From an uncultured Bacteroidia bacterium (GTDB lineage: Bacteria > Bacteroidota > Bacteroidia > Bacteroidales > CAJPTX01), in NCBI GenBank assembly GCA_938040915.1, contig CALHZE010000233.1, positions 1-53,495 of the forward strand: DNA of 53,495 nucleotides, given 5' to 3'. A program made the translations under genes and the position numbers. The notes under the pieces were generated by a model, which ran no database searches, was not told where the DNA came from, and saw nothing but the letters and a program-made list of their open reading frames with translations. This document shows, in pieces, positions 36,315 through 45,400 of the stretch (its first letter is position 1; each line of letters opens with the position of its first letter).

Positions 36315-37241
36315 TTACTCGTTGATAATTGCCTCGATGAGCCAAAGCGCATCATTTTCTAGCTCGGTGCGGCGCTTATTCATATCTCGGATGCCGCTTT
36401 TCTTGTCATAATACTTTCCCAAGGTCACGCGATACATCCCGTTGATCTTTCGCACCGTCGGTGTATACCCTTTTTGACGCAGCTCGCGTTCGAGCTTGTT
36501 GGCGTTTTCTATGCTAGAGAAGCTACCGGCTACGATAAAGAACACGGTATTTCGTTGCGGCTCTGGCTGCATTCGGAGGGCATTGACTTGCCGGTGACTG
36601 CTGTCAAGGGCTTGTTGGGTCTCCTGTAGCGTGAGGGTGGTGTCGAGCGGTGGAAGTGTGGGAGTGAGCAGGCTATCTTTCTTTTGCGTGGGAGCATTCG
36701 CCGCTTGACGTTTTTTGAATTGTGTGGGCGAGGCAAGAAAATAGGTCGCGATAATCCCGCCCCCTGCCACTAGCCCACAGATGAGCGCCACGACCCCGAG
36801 ATTGGTGCGGCGCATTTTCCGTTTACCAATCCCCTTGGCTTTGGGGAGTAAAAGTGGGAGTAACGGATTGCGCGTAAGGTGAAGCTCCCCCCCCTCCCCT
36901 ACCAATTGCAGAAGCCTTCCCTCTTTATGGAGCGTCCCCACGCCTTGAAAGTGAATCTTTTCGCCTCGCTCTATGCGTCCTCGCAGGGTTTCCAGCCAGC
37001 GCGCTAAGATTTTTTCTACTTCTTCGGGGGGGAGTGTGCTGTGGCTACGCAGATAACCTAATAGTGCTTCGTCGTCAAACTTCCGCTCGTTGGAGAAACG
37101 AAGTAGATGGGTCGTGGGAAGAAGCTGACCTTGCGCATCAAGGTGCGCCGGACGCACCTCGCGTACGAAACTCCCGATCCCTGGAAGACTGACGTACTGC
37201 TCCTGCAGCAAAACATACTGGACACACTCCTCTATCTGCAT
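36315..37241 (-). CDS. SPOR-domain protein with an HU-like N-terminal domain and one TM segment
   Basis: 308 aa. N-terminus: YVSLPGIGSFVRE.. / IHFQGVGTLHKEG (HU-fold-like pair). TM segment: LGVVALICGLVAGGGIIATYFL. C-terminal SPOR domain: VFFIVAGSFSSIENANKLERELRQKGYTPTV..YRVTLGKY. Confidence 0.6.
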   Translation of the reverse strand: MQIEECVQYVLLQEQYVSLPGIGSFVREVRPAHLDAQGQLLPTTHLLRFSNERKFDDEALLGYLRSHSTLPPEEVEKILARWLETLRGRIERGEKIHFQGVGTLHKEGRLLQLVGEGGELHLTRNPLLPLLLPKAKGIGKRKMRRTNLGVVALICGLVAGGGIIATYFLASPTQFKKRQAANAPTQKKDSLLTPTLPPLDTTLTLQETQQALDSSHRQVNALRMQPEPQRNTVFFIVAGSFSSIENANKLERELRQKGYTPTVRKINGMYRVTLGKYYDKKSGIRDMNKRRTELENDALWLIEAIINE

Positions 37242-37286
37242 TACCCTCGCCTTTACTGCGACAAAGTTAGTGGTAAATGTATTTTT

Positions 37287-37294
37287 TACCTTTG
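37287..37294 (+). promoter_or_regulatory. -7 promoter box (TACCTTTG) for the LtaS-like operon
   Basis: TAnnTTTG match 42 nt upstream of ATG 37336. Confidence 0.4.
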
Positions 37295-37335
37295 TTCTAG
37301 AGAAATAGCCTTAGCGAGTGCTGTGTCACAGGGGA

Positions 37336-39477
37336 ATGAATCGGAAAAAGACTTTTAGGCGTGCTGCAACTCAAAAATACAGTCACGCCTTTTTACATTT
37401 ACTACGTGCCACACTCTGGAGCTTTATGCTCGCCTTAGTAGGGCTCTTCTTATTTCGCTTGATCTTATTGTGTGCTCAGGGGTGTGAACTCCTTTCCACA
37501 GAGTGGCGGGGTGATCTCCTCGCCATGGTCTGGATGGGGGCGCGCTTTGACGCCAAAATGTTGAGTACTTTTTTCCTTCTTCCCCTTCTCCTCTTCCCCC
37601 TTGCTTATCTCTTTTCTGAGCGTAGTGCACCGCACCGCTGGGTGGGGCGCTTGTGGGTGGGGGTAGAAACACTCTTGTGCGTCGCCCTTTGGCTGGTCTG
37701 CGTCGTCGATTACTATTACTTCTCTTTTTTCCACTCCCATTTTGATGCCACGGCGTGGGGCATTGTTGACGATGATACGGCGGCGGTCTTACACTCTATA
37801 TTGACAGACTTTCCCGTCCTCCGCGTCGCTTTTTTTACGCTTTGTGTTGGTGTCGCGGCGGCGATCTGGGGATGTTATTGGGTGCATCGCCCTTATCGAG
37901 CCTACCACCCCTCGCGCCTTCTCTCGCGTTTACTCTTGAGTATCGCCGCTCTTGCGGGGATCTTTGTTCTCGCACGCGGAACGTTGGATACTCACCCCTT
38001 GCGTGCCATACATCTTAACGTCTCGCGCAACACACTGATCAATCAGCTGACCAACTCCCCCCTCTTTGCCCTTTATGATGTCGTGGCGCACGCCGACGAA
38101 TACCGTCTTGATCTTGATACCCTGTCGATCCTCCGCCGTTGGGGTTTTCAAAGCGAGGCAGAGGCGGTCGAGGCTTATACAGGAAAGCACGTACTTTCCA
38201 CCGACGCGCTCTTTGCCCCCTGTATCGACACGACGCCCTGTCGCGACTCCCTTCGCCAGCATCCACCCCACGTAGTCTTCTTGCAAATGGAGAGCATGGG
38301 GAGCTATTTCCTACAGTTCCAGCAAGAGCCTTTTAACCTCCTTGGGGCGCTGCGCGAACAACTTCCATATAGTTATTGCTTTACCCATACCCTCAGTGGC
38401 GGGAGTGGCACGCTGGCGAGCCTTGAGACCCTACTCTTTGGGGTCGTGCAAGGCCCCGTGGCACAGTCGGCATATTACCGCACTCCCCTCCCCTACTCCG
38501 TCGCTAACGTCTTTGCGCAACAGGGGTACACTACGCGCTATATCTCGGGGCAGCGTCTTGGGTGGCGCAATGTCAAAAACTTTCTCACGGCACAGAACTT
38601 TGACTATGTGGAGGGAGAGCGCGAACTCCGCGACTACGTCTCCCCCTCCGCACCACAAGGCACGTGGGGCTTGCACGACGAAGCGCTCTTTGAGAGGATT
38701 TTACAAGTACTCCGCTCCGCCACCTCCCCACAGTTTATCTATGCGATGAGTATTTCCCACCACACTCCGTATGACGTTCCCACGACAGACGCCAACCGCG
38801 CACTCGAAATCCCCGACGCGCTAGCACCCTTGATCGATATGACCCCAGAGGTGGCTCGCAAGAGCTTTGCGGCACTCGCCTACCAAAACGATCAGCTTGG
38901 GCGTTTTATTCAGGCTATCCGTGAGTCGGCGCTCGCAGATCGCACCATTATTGCCTTTACCGGCGACCACACCCTAAAACAAAACCTCAAACACTGTGAC
39001 GACCCCTTGGCGCTCTATGGTGTCCCGATTGTCTTTTTTGTGCCTAAATCCCTCTTGGTGGGACGAACGGTAGACACAAGCGTCTATGCCTCACACAACG
39101 ACATCTTTCCCACCCTCTTTCACCTCGCCCTTTCTGGGGCACGCTACTTCCGTACGGGGCGTAATCTTTTTGATCCGTCATCGCCTCTGCCGCAGGTCGC
39201 CCTCTATGATCGCAAGTTGCTCCTTACAGCCAAGGCACAAATCACACTCAATAACCCCCTCACGCATTCTCGAGGCGCGGAAGACAGCCTCCACCTTACG
39301 CTTGATCGTTTCGGGCGCGCTTACAACGCCGTGATGCAATGCTTCGTGGCTAACGAACTCCGAAAAGACGAGGCGCTAGACTCCCTTTTTACGCCCCTTC
39401 GTTGCACAGAGCTTGATACACTCGCCCTTCCTGTGACTTTGAAAAATGGTGCTCAGAAGGATGCGCACCGCCCGTAA
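37336..39477 (+). CDS. LTA-synthase-family sulfatase-fold membrane protein (phosphoglycerol/phosphoethanolamine-transferase-like)
   Basis: The N-terminal ~230 aa are polytopic. The extracytoplasmic domain shows VVFLQMESMG (metal/nucleophile region) and IIAFTGDHT. The track start at 37318 is GTG; the first ATG is at 37336. Confidence 0.65.
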   Translation: MNRKKTFRRAATQKYSHAFLHLLRATLWSFMLALVGLFLFRLILLCAQGCELLSTEWRGDLLAMVWMGARFDAKMLSTFFLLPLLLFPLAYLFSERSAPHRWVGRLWVGVETLLCVALWLVCVVDYYYFSFFHSHFDATAWGIVDDDTAAVLHSILTDFPVLRVAFFTLCVGVAAAIWGCYWVHRPYRAYHPSRLLSRLLLSIAALAGIFVLARGTLDTHPLRAIHLNVSRNTLINQLTNSPLFALYDVVAHADEYRLDLDTLSILRRWGFQSEAEAVEAYTGKHVLSTDALFAPCIDTTPCRDSLRQHPPHVVFLQMESMGSYFLQFQQEPFNLLGALREQLPYSYCFTHTLSGGSGTLASLETLLFGVVQGPVAQSAYYRTPLPYSVANVFAQQGYTTRYISGQRLGWRNVKNFLTAQNFDYVEGERELRDYVSPSAPQGTWGLHDEALFERILQVLRSATSPQFIYAMSISHHTPYDVPTTDANRALEIPDALAPLIDMTPEVARKSFAALAYQNDQLGRFIQAIRESALADRTIIAFTGDHTLKQNLKHCDDPLALYGVPIVFFVPKSLLVGRTVDTSVYASHNDIFPTLFHLALSGARYFRTGRNLFDPSSPLPQVALYDRKLLLTAKAQITLNNPLTHSRGAEDSLHLTLDRFGRAYNAVMQCFVANELRKDEALDSLFTPLRCTELDTLALPVTLKNGAQKDAHRP

Positions 39478-40897
39478 CGCCCTCGCCCTTGGGGCAATGC
39501 AGCTCTCTAATGTTGTGGTAGCGCTGATCTTAACCCCCTATATTACCCGCATCTTTGGGACGACGCTCCTCGGGGTCAATTCCTTTGGGCTCTCGGTGGC
39601 GACCAACTTTTCCATCTTTGGGCTCTTTGGTATTCAACTCTATGGGCTGCGGGAGGTGGCACGCGTGAGAGAGTCACCCCTGCAGTTGCAAACGGTCTTT
39701 GCGCGCTGTCTCACTTTCCAAGCCTTCTTCTCTGTCGTGGCGATCTTAGGCTACCTCCTTTGGGTCTTGACCACCTCAGATGGTTATACGGCTTATTACC
39801 TCCTCTTTTTGATCTTTCTGCTCAGCTCGGCGACTGACCTTACTTGGTTTTACGGCGGCTTCGAACGTTTTGATCGGGTGGCGCTCCGCACCCTCGCTAT
39901 GCGCTTAGGTGGGGCGGGGTTGGTCTTTTTGTGGGTGAGGCGTGCCGATCAATTGGCGCTTTTGATCTTGCTCCAACAGGGGACGCAACTTCTGAGCAAC
40001 CTCTTCTACTGGCTTCCCTTGCCCCGTTTCGGGGTTCGCGTCGCTTGGGCTGGGGTACGGACTACGTTGCGCGCGATGTTTCGCCCGAGTTTGGGTGTCT
40101 TTCTGCCTATCTTGCTTACGACCCTGCTCCTTACGCTTGATCGAATCTTGTTAGGATACCTCTCCACCAAAGAGCAAGTGGCGATTTATGACTATTCCGC
40201 TCGCCTATTACGGATTGCCGTGATCATGGTCTCTGTCCTTGGGAATGTCCTCTTGCCGCGTTATGCGCTTTTGTGGAAAAAGGGGGAAAGGACGGAGTTT
40301 AGGCGGATGTTGCGACAGCAGCAAACTTATAGTCTCCTCCTTGCGGGGTTGGCTGGGGGAGGGCTTTTCACGATTGCCGTCCCTTTTTGTTCGTTACTCT
40401 TGAGTGACGCATTTGTGGGAGCAGCCGATATCCTTCAGATGATGATTTTTACTGTCACCCTTACGGGGCTGTCATTTTACCATGCAGCGATGGCGATCGG
40501 GCGCGAGCGGCGTGTTTTCTATGCTCTGCTTGTGGCGAGCATAGTCAATGGGGCGAGCAATTGGCTTTTGATCCCTCACTTGGGGGCATGGGGTGCAGCG
40601 TGGAGTTATAATATTACTGAGCTACTTCTCCAAGTGGCTTATATTGTGATCTTGCGCGACGTTTTGTGCCTCCGTGCCTTGTTTAGAGATATCCTTTTGA
40701 TCGCAGCCCTTCTCTTCGCACTACTTTACCCCCTTTCCTACCTCAGTATGCCCTCGCCGTGGGAAACACTCTTGCTGCGCGGAGGGCTCTTTACTGTGGC
40801 TTACCTGCTCGGGGGGCTCTTGCTATTCCGCACCCCCCGTCTACTCATGAAACGCTTGATCGTATGGTGGAGAAGAAAACACGCACCGTCGGCGTGA
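39446..40897 (+). CDS. Polysaccharide flippase (MOP/Wzx-like)
   Basis: 483 aa, polytopic, with a Wzx-like N-terminus (NALALGAMQLSNVVVALILTPYITRIFG). It overlaps the upstream gene by 32 nt and the downstream gene by 34 nt. Confidence 0.6.
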   Translation: MVLRRMRTARNALALGAMQLSNVVVALILTPYITRIFGTTLLGVNSFGLSVATNFSIFGLFGIQLYGLREVARVRESPLQLQTVFARCLTFQAFFSVVAILGYLLWVLTTSDGYTAYYLLFLIFLLSSATDLTWFYGGFERFDRVALRTLAMRLGGAGLVFLWVRRADQLALLILLQQGTQLLSNLFYWLPLPRFGVRVAWAGVRTTLRAMFRPSLGVFLPILLTTLLLTLDRILLGYLSTKEQVAIYDYSARLLRIAVIMVSVLGNVLLPRYALLWKKGERTEFRRMLRQQQTYSLLLAGLAGGGLFTIAVPFCSLLLSDAFVGAADILQMMIFTVTLTGLSFYHAAMAIGRERRVFYALLVASIVNGASNWLLIPHLGAWGAAWSYNITELLLQVAYIVILRDVLCLRALFRDILLIAALLFALLYPLSYLSMPSPWETLLLRGGLFTVAYLLGGLLLFRTPRLLMKRLIVWWRRKHAPSA

Positions 40898-41571
40898 TCC
40901 TCGCGGCGGGAAAGGGCGAAAGGATGCGAAGGGGGCTTCCCAAACAGTTTCTCCCCCTCGGGGGAAAACCCCTTTTCTTACACAGTGTGGCGCTGTTTTG
41001 TGCCTCCTCTCTGATCGACGAGGTGTGTCTCGTGATCCCCCGTGATCGAGAGTCTGACTTGTGCGAATGGCTTGCCCCTTATGAAAAAGAGAAGTCTGTG
41101 CACTGCGTAGTAGGTGGCGTGACACGCGCCCTCTCGAGTTATAATGCTTATGCTTACTACCGAGCGTGTGGAGAGCGGGTAAACTTTGTGATCCATGATG
41201 CGGCGCGCCCGCTTCTCGCGCGGCAAGATCTTGAGGCAGTGACCGAGGCACTCTGCTCTGCGCCCGCGGCCGTTCTCGCGATTCCGACCCCAGACACTAT
41301 TTACGAAGTTGACGAAGGGTATACGATCACAAACATTCCTCCCCGTTCGTCGCTTTGGTGTGCACAAACGCCCCAAGCTTTCCGTGCCGAGGTTTTAGAG
41401 CGGATGTATGCCGCGCGTCCCGAAGAGGCTCTCGTAACCGACGATGTGGGGCTAATGCGTTCGTTGTGCCCTGAGTTGCCGATTCGTTTGATCGAGGCGA
41501 CCGCCCCTAACCCTAAGCTCACCACCCCGAAAGATCTGCCGTGGTTAGAATACCTGTTGGGGACGCACTAA
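40864..41571 (+). CDS. ispD: IspD-family cytidylyltransferase (MEP cytidylyltransferase, or a TarI-like CDP-polyol synthase)
   Basis: The track ORF 40759..41571 overlaps the flippase; ATG 40864 (MVEKKTRTVGVILAAGKGERM..PKQFLPLGGKPL) gives 235 aa. Also has VIHDAARPLL, QTPQAF, NPKLTTPKDL. Confidence 0.7.
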   Translation: MVEKKTRTVGVILAAGKGERMRRGLPKQFLPLGGKPLFLHSVALFCASSLIDEVCLVIPRDRESDLCEWLAPYEKEKSVHCVVGGVTRALSSYNAYAYYRACGERVNFVIHDAARPLLARQDLEAVTEALCSAPAAVLAIPTPDTIYEVDEGYTITNIPPRSSLWCAQTPQAFRAEVLERMYAARPEEALVTDDVGLMRSLCPELPIRLIEATAPNPKLTTPKDLPWLEYLLGTH

Positions 41572-41780
41572 GGGGGGATGCTCCGTGTAAGCTCTGAGCG
41601 ATAATACGCCGACGGAGGCGCTATGTGTAATTTTTAGTTCCCAGTACACGCTAGCCGGCTACACCCACAATGTGCGGTATTGACGCGCCCTCTCATTTCC
41701 AAATCACCGAATGCTCTTTGTAGGGATATATCACGTTGTCCCCATACAAAAGCCCCCCGCTGTCCGTGCTGTTTTCCATT

Positions 41781-41999
41781 TATGTTTTCCTTAATCTCCT
41801 TACCCTCATACCGTGCTGCGCGCTTGCACAACGGGCGGCGTAGGGTGGTGCTAGGGCTTTGGTAGGGCTTTGGTAGGGCGCTAGAATCTACCTAAAAGCG
41901 CACCCAGAAGTGTTTTTTAGACGAATTCCGTTATTCTATTTCCTTGTTCTTTTAATTATCCTCTTAAATGCGCGTTTGGAAATTCCTAAAGAAGAGTGC
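41781..41999 (-). repeat. Copy B of the ~210-bp dispersed non-coding repeat (inverted relative to copy A at 19861-20070)
   Basis: See copy A. It contains a short internal direct repeat, TAGGGCTTTGG x2 followed by TAGGGCG (41852-41879). Confidence 0.75.
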
Positions 42000-42202
42000 A
42001 TCATATCAACCGAATGCGCTTCGTATACCCGTAGTGGGGGGACGCCCCACAGCCCCATCCATTCCTTTCATGCTTCGACCTACAGCGTGAATAGCTCTTT
42101 AGGATACGAGTGACAGCGAAACCTACTATGCCGAGTTAGAAGACAGATAATCTTGCTTATCAACGTAGAGAACACTCAAAACAAAAAGGGGGCACAAAGC
42201 AC

Positions 42203-42210
42203 TATATTTG
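42203..42210 (+). promoter_or_regulatory. -7 promoter box (TATATTTG), 230 nt upstream of the activase-fusion gene
   Basis: This is the only TAnnTTTG match I found in the 868-nt gap before ATG 42440. It implies a leader of about 220 nt. Confidence 0.3.
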
Positions 42211-42439
42211 TCGCCAGAATTTGTGATAGGGAGTAGCGTGCTGCTTCAGAACTACCGAGCCCCCTCCCCTACTCCAAGTACGGTGTTCTGAACAAAGTAC
42301 CCTCGCTTGTGTTTGTCTAACGCAACCTCTGTGGAGGCGAATGGGCATAGAGTTTGTTTGGAAGGAAAAAGAATAAGAAAGTCACGACTGTCATAACAGT
42401 CTTACGAATTTTATAAAGCGCGCAGAGCGCAACGGGCTT

Positions 42440-45400
42440 ATGTTAGGTGAAATTATACGTGTGGGGCTCGACGTCGGCTCTACTACCTTGAAGGTGGTTT
42501 CCGTAGATGCGGCGGGGCACGTCTTAGATACGTTTTATACGCGGCACAATGCCGATGTCTCGGGGACGCTCGAGCGAGTTTTTTCAGAACTGGCACGTAA
42601 CCGGCAAGGCGAGCGCGTCCAGCTTGCCGTGACCGGCTCGGCAGGTATGGGGATCGCCGAGCGGTGTGGCTTACAGTTCGTCCAAGAGGTGATTGCGGCC
42701 TGTCGTGTCGCTGAGACCCACTATCCGGAAGCGGCGAGCTTGGTCGACATCGGGGGCGAGGACGCTAAAATGATCTTCTTCGAAGAGGGGCGTCCACCAG
42801 ACATCCGAATGAACGGGAGCTGTGCAGGGGGCACGGGGGCTTTTATCGATCAAATGGCCGTCTTGCTGGGCATCGAGGTCGAGCGCCTCGGTGAGCTCGC
42901 TGAGCAAGCCACCAAGAAGCACCCAATCGCCTCACGCTGTGGAGTCTTTTCTAAAACCGATATCCAAAATCTTTTGGCGCGCGGTGCACGGCGCGAAGAT
43001 ATCGCCGCCTCTATTTTCCATGCGGTGAGTGTCCAGGTGTTAACCACCCTGTCGCGCGGTTATACGCTACGCCCAAAGGTTATTTTATGCGGAGGTCCCT
43101 TCGCACACATTACCCCACTGCGAAAGGCCTTTCAAGAAGCCTCGGGCTTAAACCCCGAAGACTTCATCATCCCAGAGTGTGTACAGGCTATCCCCGCTTG
43201 GGGGACGGCACTTCACGTTAAAACCGAGGGAAAGAGCTACACCTTTGACGAGCTCTTACAACTCTTCAAAGATCAAAACCGTGTGAGCGTCGGCGTACGT
43301 CCCCGCGGCTTAACCCCTTTGTTTCGCGACAAAGAGGAGTATGACCGTTGGCTTGACAGTAAGTCGCAGTATAAACTCCCTGCTGCTCCCCTAGCCACGG
43401 CTACCGAAGGGGCGTGTTTCCTCGGCATCGATAGCGGGTCGACCACGACTAAGGTGATTGTCCTCAACGCGCGGAAGCAGATCATCTTTCGCGCCTACCG
43501 TAAGAATGCTGGTGACCCGCTCGGCGCGGTCTCGGCAAGTCTCGGCGAGTTGGTCGCACAAGCCGAAAAGGAAGGCGTCACACTTCGGATCGGCGGTAGC
43601 TGTGTCACCGGTTATGGCGAAGACTTGGTGCGCAAGGCCTTTGGGCTCAACCTCGGGGTGGTCGAAACCATTGCCCACTACGTAGGAGCCGCATACTTTG
43701 ATCCCGAGGTTTCTTTCATCCTCGATATTGGGGGGCAAGACATGAAAGCCGCCTTTATCGATCAAGGCACGATTGCGCGCCTTGAGATCAACGAGGCGTG
43801 CTCGTCGGGCTGTGGGTCGTTTATCGAGACCTTTGCGCGGAGTTTGGGGCAAGAGGTCTCTGATTTTGCTACCGAGGCGTGTAAGTCTCTTTCTCCGTGT
43901 GACTTGGGGACGCGCTGCACAGTCTTTATGAACTCGCGCGTCAAGCAGTCGTTGCGCGAAGGGGCTTCGCATGGCGACATATCCGCTGGGCTGGGTTATG
44001 CCGTCGTGAGAAACTGTCTGAACAAGGTCTTAAAGATCAAAGACTTTAACGTCCTCGGTAATCACGTGATGGTGCAGGGGGGGACGCTCCGTAACCCCTC
44101 GGTCTCCCGAGCCTTTGAGTTGGAAACAGGGCGCAAGGTGATCATTACCGATGCCCCAGAGCTTATGGGAGCTTTTGGGGCAGCGCTCCATGCCGCACAA
44201 GAGGCGGAGCTCAAACACTTCCCCGAGCGTGAGCTTCACGATGTGGCGCATGTCGCCGCACACACCACCCAACTCGACGGTTGTAAAGGGTGTTATAACC
44301 GTTGTGAGGTAACAACCTTCCAGTTTGAGAACGGCGAGGTTTATTTCGCCGGCAACAAGTGTGAAAAGGTCTTTAGTAACCAAGGCGAGGCACACAAGCA
44401 GGGGGAAAATACGAGTGAGTGGAAATATAAACGCCTCTTTGATTATGGCAAGCACGACGCGCCTAAGGCGCAGTCGCCACAAGAGCAAAAGAAGACGGCG
44501 CTTGTGATCGGCATCCCGAGGATTCTCGGGATGTACGAACACTTCCCCTTCTGGTACACACTCTTTACGAGGTGTGGGCTAGAGGTCAAGGTCTCTGCCG
44601 AGTCTACCATTCGTGTCAGTGAAAAGGGTGCACACACCGTCATGTCAGACAATGTCTGCTTCCCCGCCAAGATCGCACACGGGCACGTCCTCGATTTGGT
44701 GAAGCGTGGCGTGGATCGCGTCTTTGTCCCCTTCGTGGTTTATGAGGCGGAAGAGGTGAAAGGGGTAAGCAATAGCTTCAACTGCCCTGTGGTATCGGGC
44801 TACTCTGAGGTCTTGCGCAGTGCACTGAGCGGTCATCTCCCTGAGGGGGTAGCGATCGATGCTCCCTCGATTAGTTTCAAAGACGAGGGGTTGCTCAAAA
44901 AGCAGTGTTGGGGCTATCTCAAGGAGGTCGCCCGCGGACGTTTTGATCTTTCTAAGAAGCGCTTTGACCAAGCCTTTTCTGCCGCGACGACCGAGCAAGA
45001 ACAGTTCTTTACTGAGCTGATTGCCCAAAACCGAGCTGTCTCTGAAAAAGCACAAGCCGAGGGACGCACCCTCGTGATGTTGGCAGGACGCCCCTATCAC
45101 GCCGACCCGTTGATACAGCACAAGATCTCGCAAATCATTACCGAGTTTGGCGTTGACGTGGTGACCGAAGATTTGGCGCGTCGCGACAAGCTAGACCCAA
45201 AAGCCTCGGTAAGCGTCCATCAGTGGGGCTTTACTAACCGTATCGTCGCCGCAGCGCACTGGACGGCAGCCGCCCCCGCGAATGTCCACTACGTGCAGAT
45301 CACCTCTTTCGGTTGCGGACCTGACGCATACGTCGTGGACGAGGCTACGGAGATCTTGCGCCACGCGGGGAAGACCGCTACGGTGCTCAAGGTCGATGAT

